Shown here: positions 37,701-48,734 of the stretch, piece by piece | How the letters are laid out: the number at the start of each line of letters is the position of its first letter | Numbering within the stretch: the first letter of the stretch is position 1 | NCBI GenBank assembly: GCA_000934665.2 | Contig: KZ538013.1 | Location: 62,001-126,000 of the forward strand | Length of the DNA: 64,000 bases | Origin: Catajapyx aquilonaris | Lineage: Eukaryota | Reading direction: 5' to 3' | Program-made: the position numbers and the translations under genes | Notes under the pieces: generated by a model | Database searches by the model: none | What the model was told of the DNA's origin: nothing | What the model saw: the letters and a program-made list of their open reading frames with translations, nothing else

Positions 37701-39360
37701 TCAACTGAATTTGCTCCGTGGGTAAAGGAGGCTATAGCAGTATTTTAGAATCCTTGTTTCTGGACTGATTTGTTATTCCTTTCCTTTGTTCTCCTGCCCA
37801 AACTCCAGGCAACCCACAGAACTTAGATACACTACAGCTAAGCTCTTACCAGACCGAAATCATCAAGCTTGCAGCTAATCATCCTGTCACAGAGGTTGTC
37901 CAAAATGTTTTCTAGCGCTGTGGCCTCCTGAGTGTTATGCTCAATCCTTCTTTCTCCCCTATGAAATCCGGAGAGAAGGCGATGTGCCACCATCACCAAG
38001 TTGCCTAGGGGCTCCTAGAAAATACAAGCACGCACATGTTGTTTCTTACTAGTCAAAGATTCCACTGCCACAATAAGTGTTGGCCTAAAACAAGTACTTC
38101 CACAATCACACCACACCCCAATCTTCCCACCAAATGCTCCATTTCCTTCCCTCAAGTTGGAAATTGTTAAGGGATTGAACTGATTGCAGTTGGCAGCTAA
38201 GGCTCAAAATGCCACCATTAAAAGCTACACGAAAAAAAAGGTGCAGTGACATTAAACAGTGTGGACATAAAAATCATTGCCCTTGTACAATTTTGTACTG
38301 CGGAATTTTTTACAAACTTTTCAAACTCACATCTTTCAAAACTCGGAAGTTTTTAATGCGTCCTGGGAAATCTGAATGGTAAAATTGTACGATAACAGGA
38401 ATAACAAAACAACACTCTACAGTCTACTGCAATAAAATATACATACATACGTGCAGTTTGATTTATGGATTACACACATTTAGATATGAACATAAACACA
38501 TTAGGATATTATAACAATGCAATATTGCACTGTAATAATAATAATGTATGTGCAGCTTTTTAAAATGCAGGGTCATAATTTAATACTGGCACTTTTTCCA
38601 TATTTTCAAACCACGGAAAACTGCACAGGCCAACTACTTTATAATTGATATATTTAAGGAGGTTGGCCCAGCATTGCCTTTCAACCTCCAAGGATAGGGA
38701 AGGAAGGAAGCGGCTGTGGCCTATTATACGGAAGCGACCCCGGAATTATCCTAGAAAGACCGTGGAAAAACGCAGAAAACCACGGTCAAGGTTGCCGGCC
38801 CCGGGATTAGAACCCAGGACCTCCCGATTAGCAGTCGGACGCCTTATCCACTATGCCAACCTGCTTCGGTTGCACAGGCCAACTGTACATTGCTCCTTAA
38901 TTCTCAAGTCAATTTCTCAGTTGGGGATCTAAGTAGGCCAAAACATGTAGATTCTCTTCTTCGTCTAATATTATTGGGAACAACCTCACTAAAAATTATT
39001 GTGCTTCAAGCTGATAACAATCTTGACGGGGAGGCGGAGTGGTGCTGCAGTAACATATGCGCCCACGGATGTTAAGGTCCCGGGTTCGATCCCAGCCCGG
39101 GGACACCCGGCCTTCATCTCGTGCAGAGTTGAGGAGCCGTCTCTGGCTTCGTCTTGGGTGGTATTTCCTTACACTATACCACCCGGGGGAGTTCACAAAA
39201 CGACCACGGATGACATTGCACTGCACTTTGCACATCCCCTCCTGTCATCCTGCCCGTGGGCCCAGGCGCTTCAAAAATAGGATTCCCAAAAATTGTACCA
39301 TAGTCAAAAATAAAGGTCAAGGCAGAAAACCCCATCAGGGGTACGCCTAATACCCAACTG

Positions 39361-39417
<57 letters not shown>

Positions 39418-42400
39418 ACAATCTTGAAAGGGATTTCATTTTTCCTCAAGTAACACTAGACCAAATCAGCAATAAACATAAAAGTTAAGAGTCACCTTGA
39501 GTTCCGCCAATCCTGACTCAGTGTCCTTAACTCGTGTGATATCCAAGAACTTGAGTGGCAATGCTCCCTCATCTTCGTCATGGTACTTCTCAAGCTGTGG
39601 CAACAGCAGCACTGTCAGGGCATGTCCACACATATCTGGGTTAGTATGCAGGGCTGGGTACAACCCATCATAGAGAACTTCTTTGATCTCAGAAGCAAGC
39701 CCCAAGCATCTCTTGAGTATTTCCAGCTCTTGCAAACATACTGCTTTAGCAGCAGATGGTGACATGTGGTCCTTTCCTGGACGACTGGATGGTGGCATGT
39801 CTTCTCCAAATGGCGGGGCAGAAGCAGCAGCCAGTGAAACCATTTGGAGGCAACCAAGAACAGCAGCCTTTCGCTCAGAAGTCTCAGGTCTAAACAAGCC
39901 CTTTTGCATAGTGATGATGTACATGGAACGCAGCCCTGGAGACTTGGACAAGATAGAGGCAAGGGAGGATGCGAGGCGAACACTCTTGTCAGGCCCTTGC
40001 TGGGGGATCTGGGTGACCAGATCCTGCAGGCGTGAGCGACAGTCACTCACGGATATTAAGGGGCTTTCCAGCATACTGGTAAGAAAATCTGAAAGCAAAT
40101 CAACGTACTAAAATAAAATGTGAATTATGTAGTCCAAAGTATCTGGAAAAATGAAATCCATAAAATTAGTAAGTTAGTTACTTTCAGGGCATACAATTTT
40201 TTTGTGCAGTAGTGTGTGGACAATTCTGAAATGTACTAATGGGATAGTCAGAATTGCTTGGGACCATCGAAGTTTGGTATAATAAAAAGTCATATGACTC
40301 TGCTCTCATGTCTCCTTTCAATCGCAACTACACTGTACAGGTACAAATTTCTTCAGATTGAAAGATGGTTGAGTGAGGTGGTTGACACAGTCATACAGTA
40401 CTGGTATATCAAGAATGAATATTTCCACCAGAGTGAATTGAAATTGAAGGCCAGAAGGTAACTGGTGTTAAGAGCAAGAGTAATTATTGGTGGTAACTGC
40501 TCATGGTTGACTAATACAACAAAGTGAAAATGACAAAAGTAAAGCAAGGTATACACATGGCTGGTTATGGGAAAATACCTGGAGTAAATTGATGGTCTCT
40601 GGCAAGTACTGCAATATGGTTGCAGGAGGTAAGGGGTCGTGCAAATACCACGTGACCAATTTGAGGCCACTTTGTGACACACACACACGATCACACACCC
40701 CCCCCCCNNNNNNNNNNNNNNNNNNNNNNNNNNNNNNNNNNNNNNNNNNNNNNNNNNNNNNNNNNNNNNNNNNNNNNNNNNNNNNNNNNNNNNNNNNNNN
40801 NNNNNNNNNNNNNNNNNNNNNNNNNNNNNNNNNNCCCCCCCCCCAAAAAAAAAGGCAAGCCCTAGAAAATCATCATCTGACAGACACAAAGAGTATCTAC
40901 TTCAACTGGACTCCTGATTAACTAATTTCTCCATCTGCTTTGCACTTTTAGAATCATACCTGCATAAGGAGTGATGTTGGATTTGGTTCGCAGCTTGTCA
41001 CAAATCTTCTTAAGGAGGTCTCCAGCAATGGTTGGCACTTTCTTCAGAACACTCAACAAGATGGCAGAACCTAACTCATGAGATTTGGCAGCCACCCTTT
41101 TACTTGAGGGAGTGCCAACCCCAAGAAGAAACAGGCCCAACTGTATCATACCAGCCACAACGTGCTGCCATTCACGAGTTCTGCAAAATGAATTTCACAT
41201 TTAGAAAGTGACTTCAAGACAGTGAGGACCAGGTGTATGAACAAAAATAACATAATTTCTCAAATTTTGCACAGGTTTACACAATACAGCTGACATAATC
41301 AGATACCAGTACTTTCTCCACAATGAGAGTTTATACAAACAATATCCTTTCCTTCCCTCCTTGAGTGAAGGCATTGCTGTCCCAAATTCTAACAATAATC
41401 TCATGAGTAAATGGTCAAAATCAGGGCATGGTGAAAAAATATGTTTGAAAATCACTTCATGAGACAACGTTACATTATTGCATGAAACAGTACTATTCCC
41501 ACGTAATTTTAGAGATGATCATGGTCAAACTAGGGCTCAATCATCAGTTAATGGCCCTCTTTCAGATGTAATAAGAGCCATTAGCATATTCAGTGTGAAT
41601 CCTTCATAAGGCCGAAATGCATGGCTGACAACTAACCCTTTGTCCAGCATGTCCATGATAATATCTTGTGCACTCCCACAAGCTGGGAGAACCTCTCTGA
41701 CCCACCACCAAGCATCCCTTCGTTCATCCTCTGCGAGACTCTGTTTAACAGCTGAGCACAATCCCTGACCAATGTCATGTCGCAATCTCTCATCCTTTTT
41801 AGATGAGAGGATCATGGCAACAGCAAGCAAGAAGGGATCCAGAATCAAGCTGGGACACCTGACACCAGACTTCACCAGCTTTTGGATCTCCCTTGAGACA
41901 GGGTGGCCAGTTTGGCTTAGCTCTCGGTCAATGTGGAAGAGAACATTGGCCTTTGACACCTCCAGTGACTGCCTGCGACGATGAGCTGCAATTCAAAGAG
42001 GCAACAGGTGCTTTACATAACATTTAACAAAACCTTTTAAAATGAAAGGAATAACAGAATACTGTACGTTCTACACATCAGTTTCCATTGCCATAAAATG
42101 AGTATTAAAGCAAATAGTGTTTCTTCACATAGAGCTCCGCAAAATAGGCTGAGTTCCAAAGCACGAAACACTATGACTAAAGACTCGAAAACTTGTCAAA
42201 AATTCTGCATGAGTACATAAGTAATGCCTGAGACTGCCATAACAAGGGTAAGATTTCTGTGAAAGCTGAATGATCAGCAGCTAATGTAAAATTGGTTGTC
42301 ACAACTTATCACACTTTCATAAGCATATCTAAGTAAAAGGCACCTTGAGTTGATGTCGAAGTCTGAGCACTTGCAGTAAAACATGTGGACAGGACACCTA

Positions 42401-43936
42401 AGAGCTGGGTGGCTGCCAGTTTGTGGTTTTCAATGAGAAGGAGCAATTGAAACACCAACGGCGGAATACTGTCTGCATCTGACATGTACCCAATCACTTC
42501 ACACCCTTTTATCAAAAGGTTCTCCAGGTGTTCCTTTTTCACCATCACCTTTCTGCAAAGAGAACTTATGTTTAAAACTTGTATGGTTGGTTTTAATCAC
42601 AGTATAACAAGGGTGCAGTCATATAATGGCGTGAAAGCATGAACTTGTTGTGGGAACAACAATTCCCTTTGTTGAGAGTGGCCCAAGCCAGCATGGAACT
42701 CGCCTGCAAAGTTGAATAAGGGCAGCACAGTTACACGGTTCCCAATATTCCCTTAAGAAGTGATCCACCATTTCTTCTCGGAACTCAGCACCAGTTATTT
42801 CGGATCCCAGGTAGGTGAATGTTTCCCTGCTCCCTAACACAGATATGAACGTCACCAAGGCTTCACTCCAGCTACATGGGAAATATATCAGAAAAAAAAA
42901 ATTATTCTAATAAGTATGTAATATTTCTCATGGGTTAAGAGAGTAATTTCAAATGTTTTGTACTGCTTCCCTTACCAGCTGACTCCAGGACTCTTCAGCT
43001 TTTCCATGGCTTCTGTGACTATGTCAACCAGATCAGAACTATCCAGTTTGTCAGCATAACAATTGAGAGCACTAACAGCTCGGGAGGTAGTCAGTGTATT
43101 AAGTGAAGTGTTCTTGTCATAAAGTTCATCCAAGATAGCCCTGTAGATTCGTAGTTGAGTTTCAACCTTGCTCACTTGAGATAGGGTGCTGCTGATGTCA
43201 TGAGCTTCATCTGGAGACCGCAGCCATTTGGTGACTAAGTGGTTCAACTGTAAGTATTATATTTATTCTTGAGCACATTAAATTTATCAGGCACATTACT
43301 GCAACAAGATGCAAGCAATGTTTGGTATTTTTGCGCAATTACCTTTACAAAATTCAAAGGAATCACTCAATATGGGTTTCAGTCAGTTAGGCTTGAGGGG
43401 AGCAATAGCAACTAAGGCCATGAGACATGGGGGCAGTGTGGATAAATAAAGAGGGGTTTGGCAAGAACTGTAAGGAAGAAATGGGAGAATTTTTTAAAAA
43501 TCCACGTGAACAAAAAAAAATACCATGTGAAAATCTTCTCACTTGGAAAAATCCTATGCCAAACCTGAGGTTCAAACTCAGGGTCTCTGAGGTGGAAGGC
43601 TGTGACATTAAAATATACTGCACCACTGTGCTGACAATGAAGGGTTAAGCATGTAATGTGTTTAATGCAAGCTAGCAGTACATTACAAAACATTATAAAA
43701 GCACTTTATCTGTAGCAGAAAACATTATAGCAGTACAGCTGAACATAAATCAGGAAATCACACAAGGCAAGGCAAGCTTCCAGACCACCCTTTTCCTCTT
43801 TATAATGATGATGAAACAAAGGAATTTCACCTATCATGCCAAAGGATAAGCAAAATGGTACGCCAAAGTGACTTGCCTGAGTGGAGTTCATTTGCTCCAG
43901 TTTTCTTTCCAACCCAGAAACAACAACAGCCGGCAT
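31437..43936 (-). CDS. FANCI: Fanconi anemia complementation group I protein
   Basis: Many minus-strand exons. First coding exon 43936-43877 (MPAVVVSGLERKLEQMNSTQ). Others include 43247-, ~42872-42704, 42552-, 40088-, 33813-, 31801-31724 and last exon 31568-31437. Motifs IPPLVFQLLLL, DPFLLAVAMILS, EWQHVVAGMIQLG, MQKGLF...RKAAVLG, LKRCL..EIKEVLYDGLY, LELGDVEE and SARDFRI, with a basic NLS tail PKRRGRKRK...KKRRRKE*. Some internal boundaries were not verified. Confidence 0.9.
34359..34708 (+). mobile_element. tRNA-derived SINE (family B) with (ATT)n tail
   Basis: GTGGTGTAGTGG A box, TCCGACTGCTAATCGGGA anticodon-like arm and GGTTCGAATCCC B box. 19-bp TSD AAGTATTACAGG(A/T)TTTCTG at 34340-34358 and 34709-34727. 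Confidence 0.9.
38636..38870 (-). mobile_element. SINE family B copy (3' shortened)
   Basis: The reverse complement shares GTCCGACTGCTAATCGGGAGGTCCTGGGTTC and the body with the 34359 copy. 14-bp TSD TGCACAGGCCAACT at 38622-38635 and 38871-38884. Confidence 0.88.
39027..39414 (+). mobile_element. SINE family A copy with (ATT)n tail
   Basis: Head and body match the 13507 element (GCGCCCACGGA.GTTAAGGTCCCGGGTTC, CCACCCGGGGGAGTTCACAAAACG). 13-bp TSD ATAACAATCTTGA at 39014-39026 and 39415-39427. Confidence 0.9.
40708..40834. other. Assembly gap (N run) flanked by poly-C
   Basis: Run of N inside a FANCI intron. Confidence 0.99.
43410..43635 (-). mobile_element. Degenerate V-SINE-like copy
   Basis: The minus strand CACAGCCTTCCACCTC..AG..CCCTGAGTTTGAACC matches the head of the 1431-1710 element, followed by TTCACGTGGATTTTT. 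Confidence 0.6.
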
Positions 43937-44221
43937 ATTTGGACCCTTCCAGTTCCACCTTCTTCCTGTCAATATCTGGCACCTGCAGTCCCAAATAAAA
44001 AGCACAAATTCCCATTACCAGCACACAAGATGGAGTGTGCTTTCTTTCCCTCCATTCCAGACATGCTCTCCAAATATAATTATGATCTCTTTATGCCACA
44101 AAATGAAGGCTTTATTATACAGTCACTATTTTGGGTTCGCATGATCAAACCGCACTTAATTTTAAACGTGCCTCCAGTGACATTCGCACTGTTTGAGTTC
44201 ATCGCACTCGTGAGAACGTAC

Positions 44222-45300
44222 CTTCAGAATCCAGGCTCGACTGCCCTGCTCCCTCGGTGAGGCGTGTGTGTGCCCAGGCAGCGCACGAGCAGGCCAGACC
44301 ACAACAGCTGCGTCAGTCGGCCAGCGATACAGGCTCCCGACGGCCAAGCAGCTCAGCACCGAATGAAAACGAACCGACGAACCTCCGCATTCCGCAAACG
44401 GCGCCCACGGACCTGATGTGTGACCGGTACACCGGTAGCCTCTTTTACCGCCTAAAATGCACCGCGCATCCATGTCTGCGCATCATATTCAGCGTAGCGG
44501 CCTGTGGTAGCGGCTATTGGATTTGTAGCTACATGTTATATGCTATATGGAACCCGTGCAACAGCAGTAACTGAATCCGCTCATAAAACAGGCATATGTT
44601 CACTTATTTTATGCAAAATTAAAATATGTTTGAATCGAATGAAAGACTGCAGATTTTCGGTCACCATTTCTGCCCTCAACTGGCCAGGCTAAGCAAGGGC
44701 AGTACCAGTAGAAATTATCGCCAAAGTTATTCTATGACAATGAACTAAGTTATATTTTAGTTGGCAGCTATCAAGCGAAATTAAAGTGGCATACATATCT
44801 TACTTAATTAATTGTGGAGCTTAAAATACAGACACATTATAACATTATATCCTTGCAAACATTTAAGTGCAAACCCGGTGCAAACCATAACTGATGATAC
44901 CACGGTTGGCACTAGCACTACCAGATGAAGCGGGAGAGTTGGAAATAGGACGCTTTTCAGGAGCGTGGGAACAACGTCGTGAGTCCGACACGGTCCGACA
45001 GAAACTTGCCGGCGTCCTGCTGCAGGATTCCAGCCTAAATTTTAGCAAGGCATATTGTGTGGTAGAGTGCTAGGTAATAACAAGCTTATTGCATTTGGTG
45101 GTAACATTTGTGCTGCAAAATATTCGACACTGACACAGGAATAAGTCAGTTCAACTAGTCGCGAGGCCTCGAAATCAAGCATTGCGTTCATTTCGCATGT
45201 GCCAGTAATTCACAGCTCAGCAAAGTTCCTTTCAGCGTAACTAGTTCCATGCAAAGTCCATTCATGTACCCAGCGTAATAATTGTGAGCTCTTTCAGGTG
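44222..45300. promoter_or_regulatory. Probable bidirectional promoter and 5' UTR exons of FANCI and PRPF4
   Basis: Head-to-head genes with two CpG-rich patches (~44230-44500 and ~44900-45020). Minus-strand donor AAG|GTACGT at 44222 and plus-strand acceptor TTTCAG at 45298. Confidence 0.55.
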
Positions 45301-45308
45301 CTGCCACC

Positions 45309-48194
45309 ATGTCTGACGACGAGGATATAATGTATGTGAAGCGCCAGAAGCTGGTGCATTATGGCTCCCTGGAAGAGGGTGGGAGCATGCTTCGGATGCA
45401 GATGGCAGCATCTGGTGAGGGAGGAGGCGCAGGAGGGAAAGGAAACCTGGCAGAGGGAATGAGCGATGAAGCCATACGGGCAGCACTCGAATCTGGAAAT
45501 ATCAACATCTCAGACGGTAAGCAAGAGCAAAAAGTTAACTGGGTAGCGGTGTTTTGAGCAAACCTGATGCATTTGTACACAAACTTAACAATCGACCACA
45601 TATTCCACCTATTTCTTTAACCAGAGTACATGGACATGGAGGAGGAGCTGTCAAAAGACAGGCAGGCTCTACTAGAAGAATTTGAGCGACGGAAGCGTGC
45701 CCGACAGATTAATGTATCTACTGATGATGAGGAGGTGAAGCGTCACCTGCGCCAGCTGGGACAACCAGTGTGCCTGTTTGGGGAAGGTCCCGCTGACAGG
45801 CGCAATAGACTTCGTGACCTCCTCTCTCGATGTGGTGAAGAGGGCCAGCAACCGCAGCAGCAGCAACGCACCGCTGTGCACATAGCGACAGATCGTCCCC
45901 GTCCTCAGCCACCAGGGAGGAAGGAACAGGAAGGGCCATGGTACCACGAAGGTCCAGATACGCTCTTTGTTGCGAGACGATGGCTTGCAGACTACTCTCT
46001 ACCAAGGGCAAGGGACAGGTTAGTAGAGATGGTGCTGTATATTTGATTATTTAATTGTGATTTTAACTGAATGCGAGCCTGCTCTGATTATGATGATGTA
46101 GGAAATTACCTTCATTGTGTACTAATTAAAATCAACTGTATTTGAAAATAATATTTTCACACTATACCTTGACATTGCAGGTTAGAAGATGCTCGCTCTG
46201 AAAAAGGTCTTCCTGAGGCAGTACGAACAGCAAGACGCCAGGAGCTCCAGAAGCAAGTCCAGAGCATGGCTATTGCTTGCAGCCAAGTAGGCGATATCCG
46301 TCCAGTGTCCTCCATTCAATTCTCACCAAACTCCACCATGCTGGCCACTGCGTCCTGGTCTGGACTCTGCAAACTCTGGTCTATTCCTGACTGCAGCTTA
46401 AAACGAACATACAGAGGCCATGGTTGTAATGTTGGAGCAGTTGTATTTCATCCTCGTGCCACAATTGATCTGGATGATTCCGCTTGCTGCTTGGCCTCAT
46501 GTGCTTCTGATGGATCAGTCCGATTGTGGAACCTGATCAGTGATGAGCCAGTTGCAGATATTCAGGGGCATGCCCCATATAGAGTATCTGGATTGGCCTA
46601 CCATCCATCTGGAAGGTTTTTGGCCACATGCTGCTTTGACAACAGCTGGAGGTTGTGGGATTTGGAGCAGCTTGATGAAGTGCTGCATCAGGAGGGGCAC
46701 AGCAGGCCAGTCTACTGTTGTGCTTTCCAGACAGATGGTTCCCTGATTGCCACCGGGTAAGTTGCCTATTGTTTTCTCATGGGAACTGATACAGTATTTC
46801 CAATATTTCAGTGACAGGTTCATATAATACGAGGGGAAAGTCGTGACACTTCACATTTTTGTCACAAATACATGGCCTATGTAGGTCAGCAGATAGGCAC
46901 ACATTATCGATAGAACCCTCCTGGAGCCGAATGCACTGGTGTCATGGTGTGTCAATCTCTCCAGGCCTTCCATGAACCACTTCTTGGTGCTGTGGCGCAT
47001 CAACACCCGGACAACTGCTCACAGTAAACAACTGTCAACAATGGCCTTGAAATGGTGTTGGCGAAGGGATTTTTCATGGATACAGCTTTGGGTGCTTCTA
47101 CACCCGCCATTCTTCCCTGGCCTGTCCCCCGGTGACTTTCACCCATTTAAATCCATGGAAAAAAACTCTTCTCCAACACCATTTCGAGGACATTGTTGAC
47201 TGCAAACAGTTGTCCGGGAGTGAGTGTGCCGCACCACCAAAAAGTGGTTCCTGGAGGACCTGGAGAGGTTGAAACACCCATGACTCTTGTGAATTCGTCT
47301 CCAGGAGGATTCTGTTGATAATGTGTGATGGGCCCTGTGTCTGTAGCAAAAAAATAAAGTGGAAAGACTTTCCTATTGCGCCTCGTACTATCGTGTTAAA
47401 AGTAGAAGTTATACATTTGAAGAGCACAGGGGAAAAACGGGGAATGTCACATTCCGTTGGGGGTTCCTGCCAAGTGCACAGTACAATAGTAGCATAGGTG
47501 ACACTTATACCTGGAGGCTTTCCATGGGTACAAGGGTGACAGTTGCATATAATGACGTGAAGATATTCCTATTATTCTTTAGACACGTGAAGAAATAAAG
47601 CTATTTCTTCGATTTTTCATGGAGATTTTTTCTGTGACATTCCCCGTTTTTCCCCTGTGCTCTTCATTTGATCAGTAGAGACCTTCATAGATATCAAACC
47701 ATGCCATGAAACAATGCCCACATTACCCATGCATTTGTCAGTGCTACCAATGTAACGTTTGCTATTCCAGTGGTTTGGACTCATTTGCACGAGTATGGGA
47801 CCTGCGGACTGGACGCTGCATAATGTTCATGGATGGCCATCTTAAGTCTGTGTTGTCCATTGACTTCTCCACGAATGGCTACCAGGTGGCCACAGGATCT
47901 GAGGACCATGCCGCCAAGATATGGGACGTCCGAAAACGTGGTCTCATCTACACCATTCCTGCCCACAACAACCTTGTGTCAGGTGTGAGATACCAACCAG
48001 GTGGAGGCAACTATTTTGTCACCGCATCTTATGACCAGACTGCCAAAATATGGTCACAGAAATCATGGCAGCCACTGAGGACACTGGCAGGTCACGATGG
48101 AAAAATAATGGGGCTTGATGTTTCACCCGATGGACGGCATATTGCCACATCATCATTTGATCGGACCTTCAAGCTTTGGGCTCCTGAACATTAA
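45309..48194 (+). CDS. PRPF4: U4/U6 snRNP protein Prp4 (SFM + WD40)
   Basis: Exons 45309-45516, 45625-46018, 46181-46756 and 47771-48194. Motifs [47 protein letters not shown], and WD40 repeats ending [11 protein letters not shown]. Confidence 0.97.
46828..47389. mobile_element. Foldback element made of two inverted mariner 3' ends
   Basis: Termini TACGAGG and CCTCGTA. Block ~46940-47085 is the reverse complement of ~47150-47285. Both resemble the mariner transposase C-terminus (KKWFxEGLERL). Confidence 0.7.
47419..47665. mobile_element. MITE with 4-bp TSD (Sola1-like target)
   Basis: Perfect 33-bp TIR GAAGAGCACAGGGGAAAAACGGGGAATGTCACA. TSD ATTT at 47415-47418 and 47666-47669. Confidence 0.8.
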
Positions 48195-48734
48195 TTGTGG
48201 TGTACAATAACCAGATTCCTTTCAACACCTTTAAACCTTTGTACAATAATTATTTGATCAAGTAGGCTGTATACATTTCACCCTCACTTATTCATTTTTT
48301 CAGGATGTCATGAGAGTTCCATGGTATTTTTCTCCAGTTGAATTATTCAATCCCATAAGTACATTTTAACAAAGTACAATTAATCAACTGTACAATTCCC
48401 TTACAATGCCGAGGGAGTCGGCCAAATCATAACTATTTCCTGCATTGTACAGGGTGTTCCTCTGCTTAAGCTGACAATCCAGAGGATGAAGGATAGGAGA
48501 AACCCTTATTGGATGGAATGAGTTCAGTAGGGAGGATGCACTTCCCCTGGTACTCCCTTTCCTCTCGCCTGCTTCTCTCTCCCTTTGCTCCTCAGGTGTC
48601 AGATATCAGATTTGCTGTTGCCTTGCAAGCAAAATGCTGCGTCAGCTCAATATGTTGTGAGCTTGGGAAATTCTGGGCACTGGAATCAAAGTAGTGATAT
48701 TGGTGTAGAAAAATACTGCAATTTTATTGCCCGT

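Noticed and set aside
40353..40921. ORFs containing X runs
   Set aside because: They are artefacts of the N gap.
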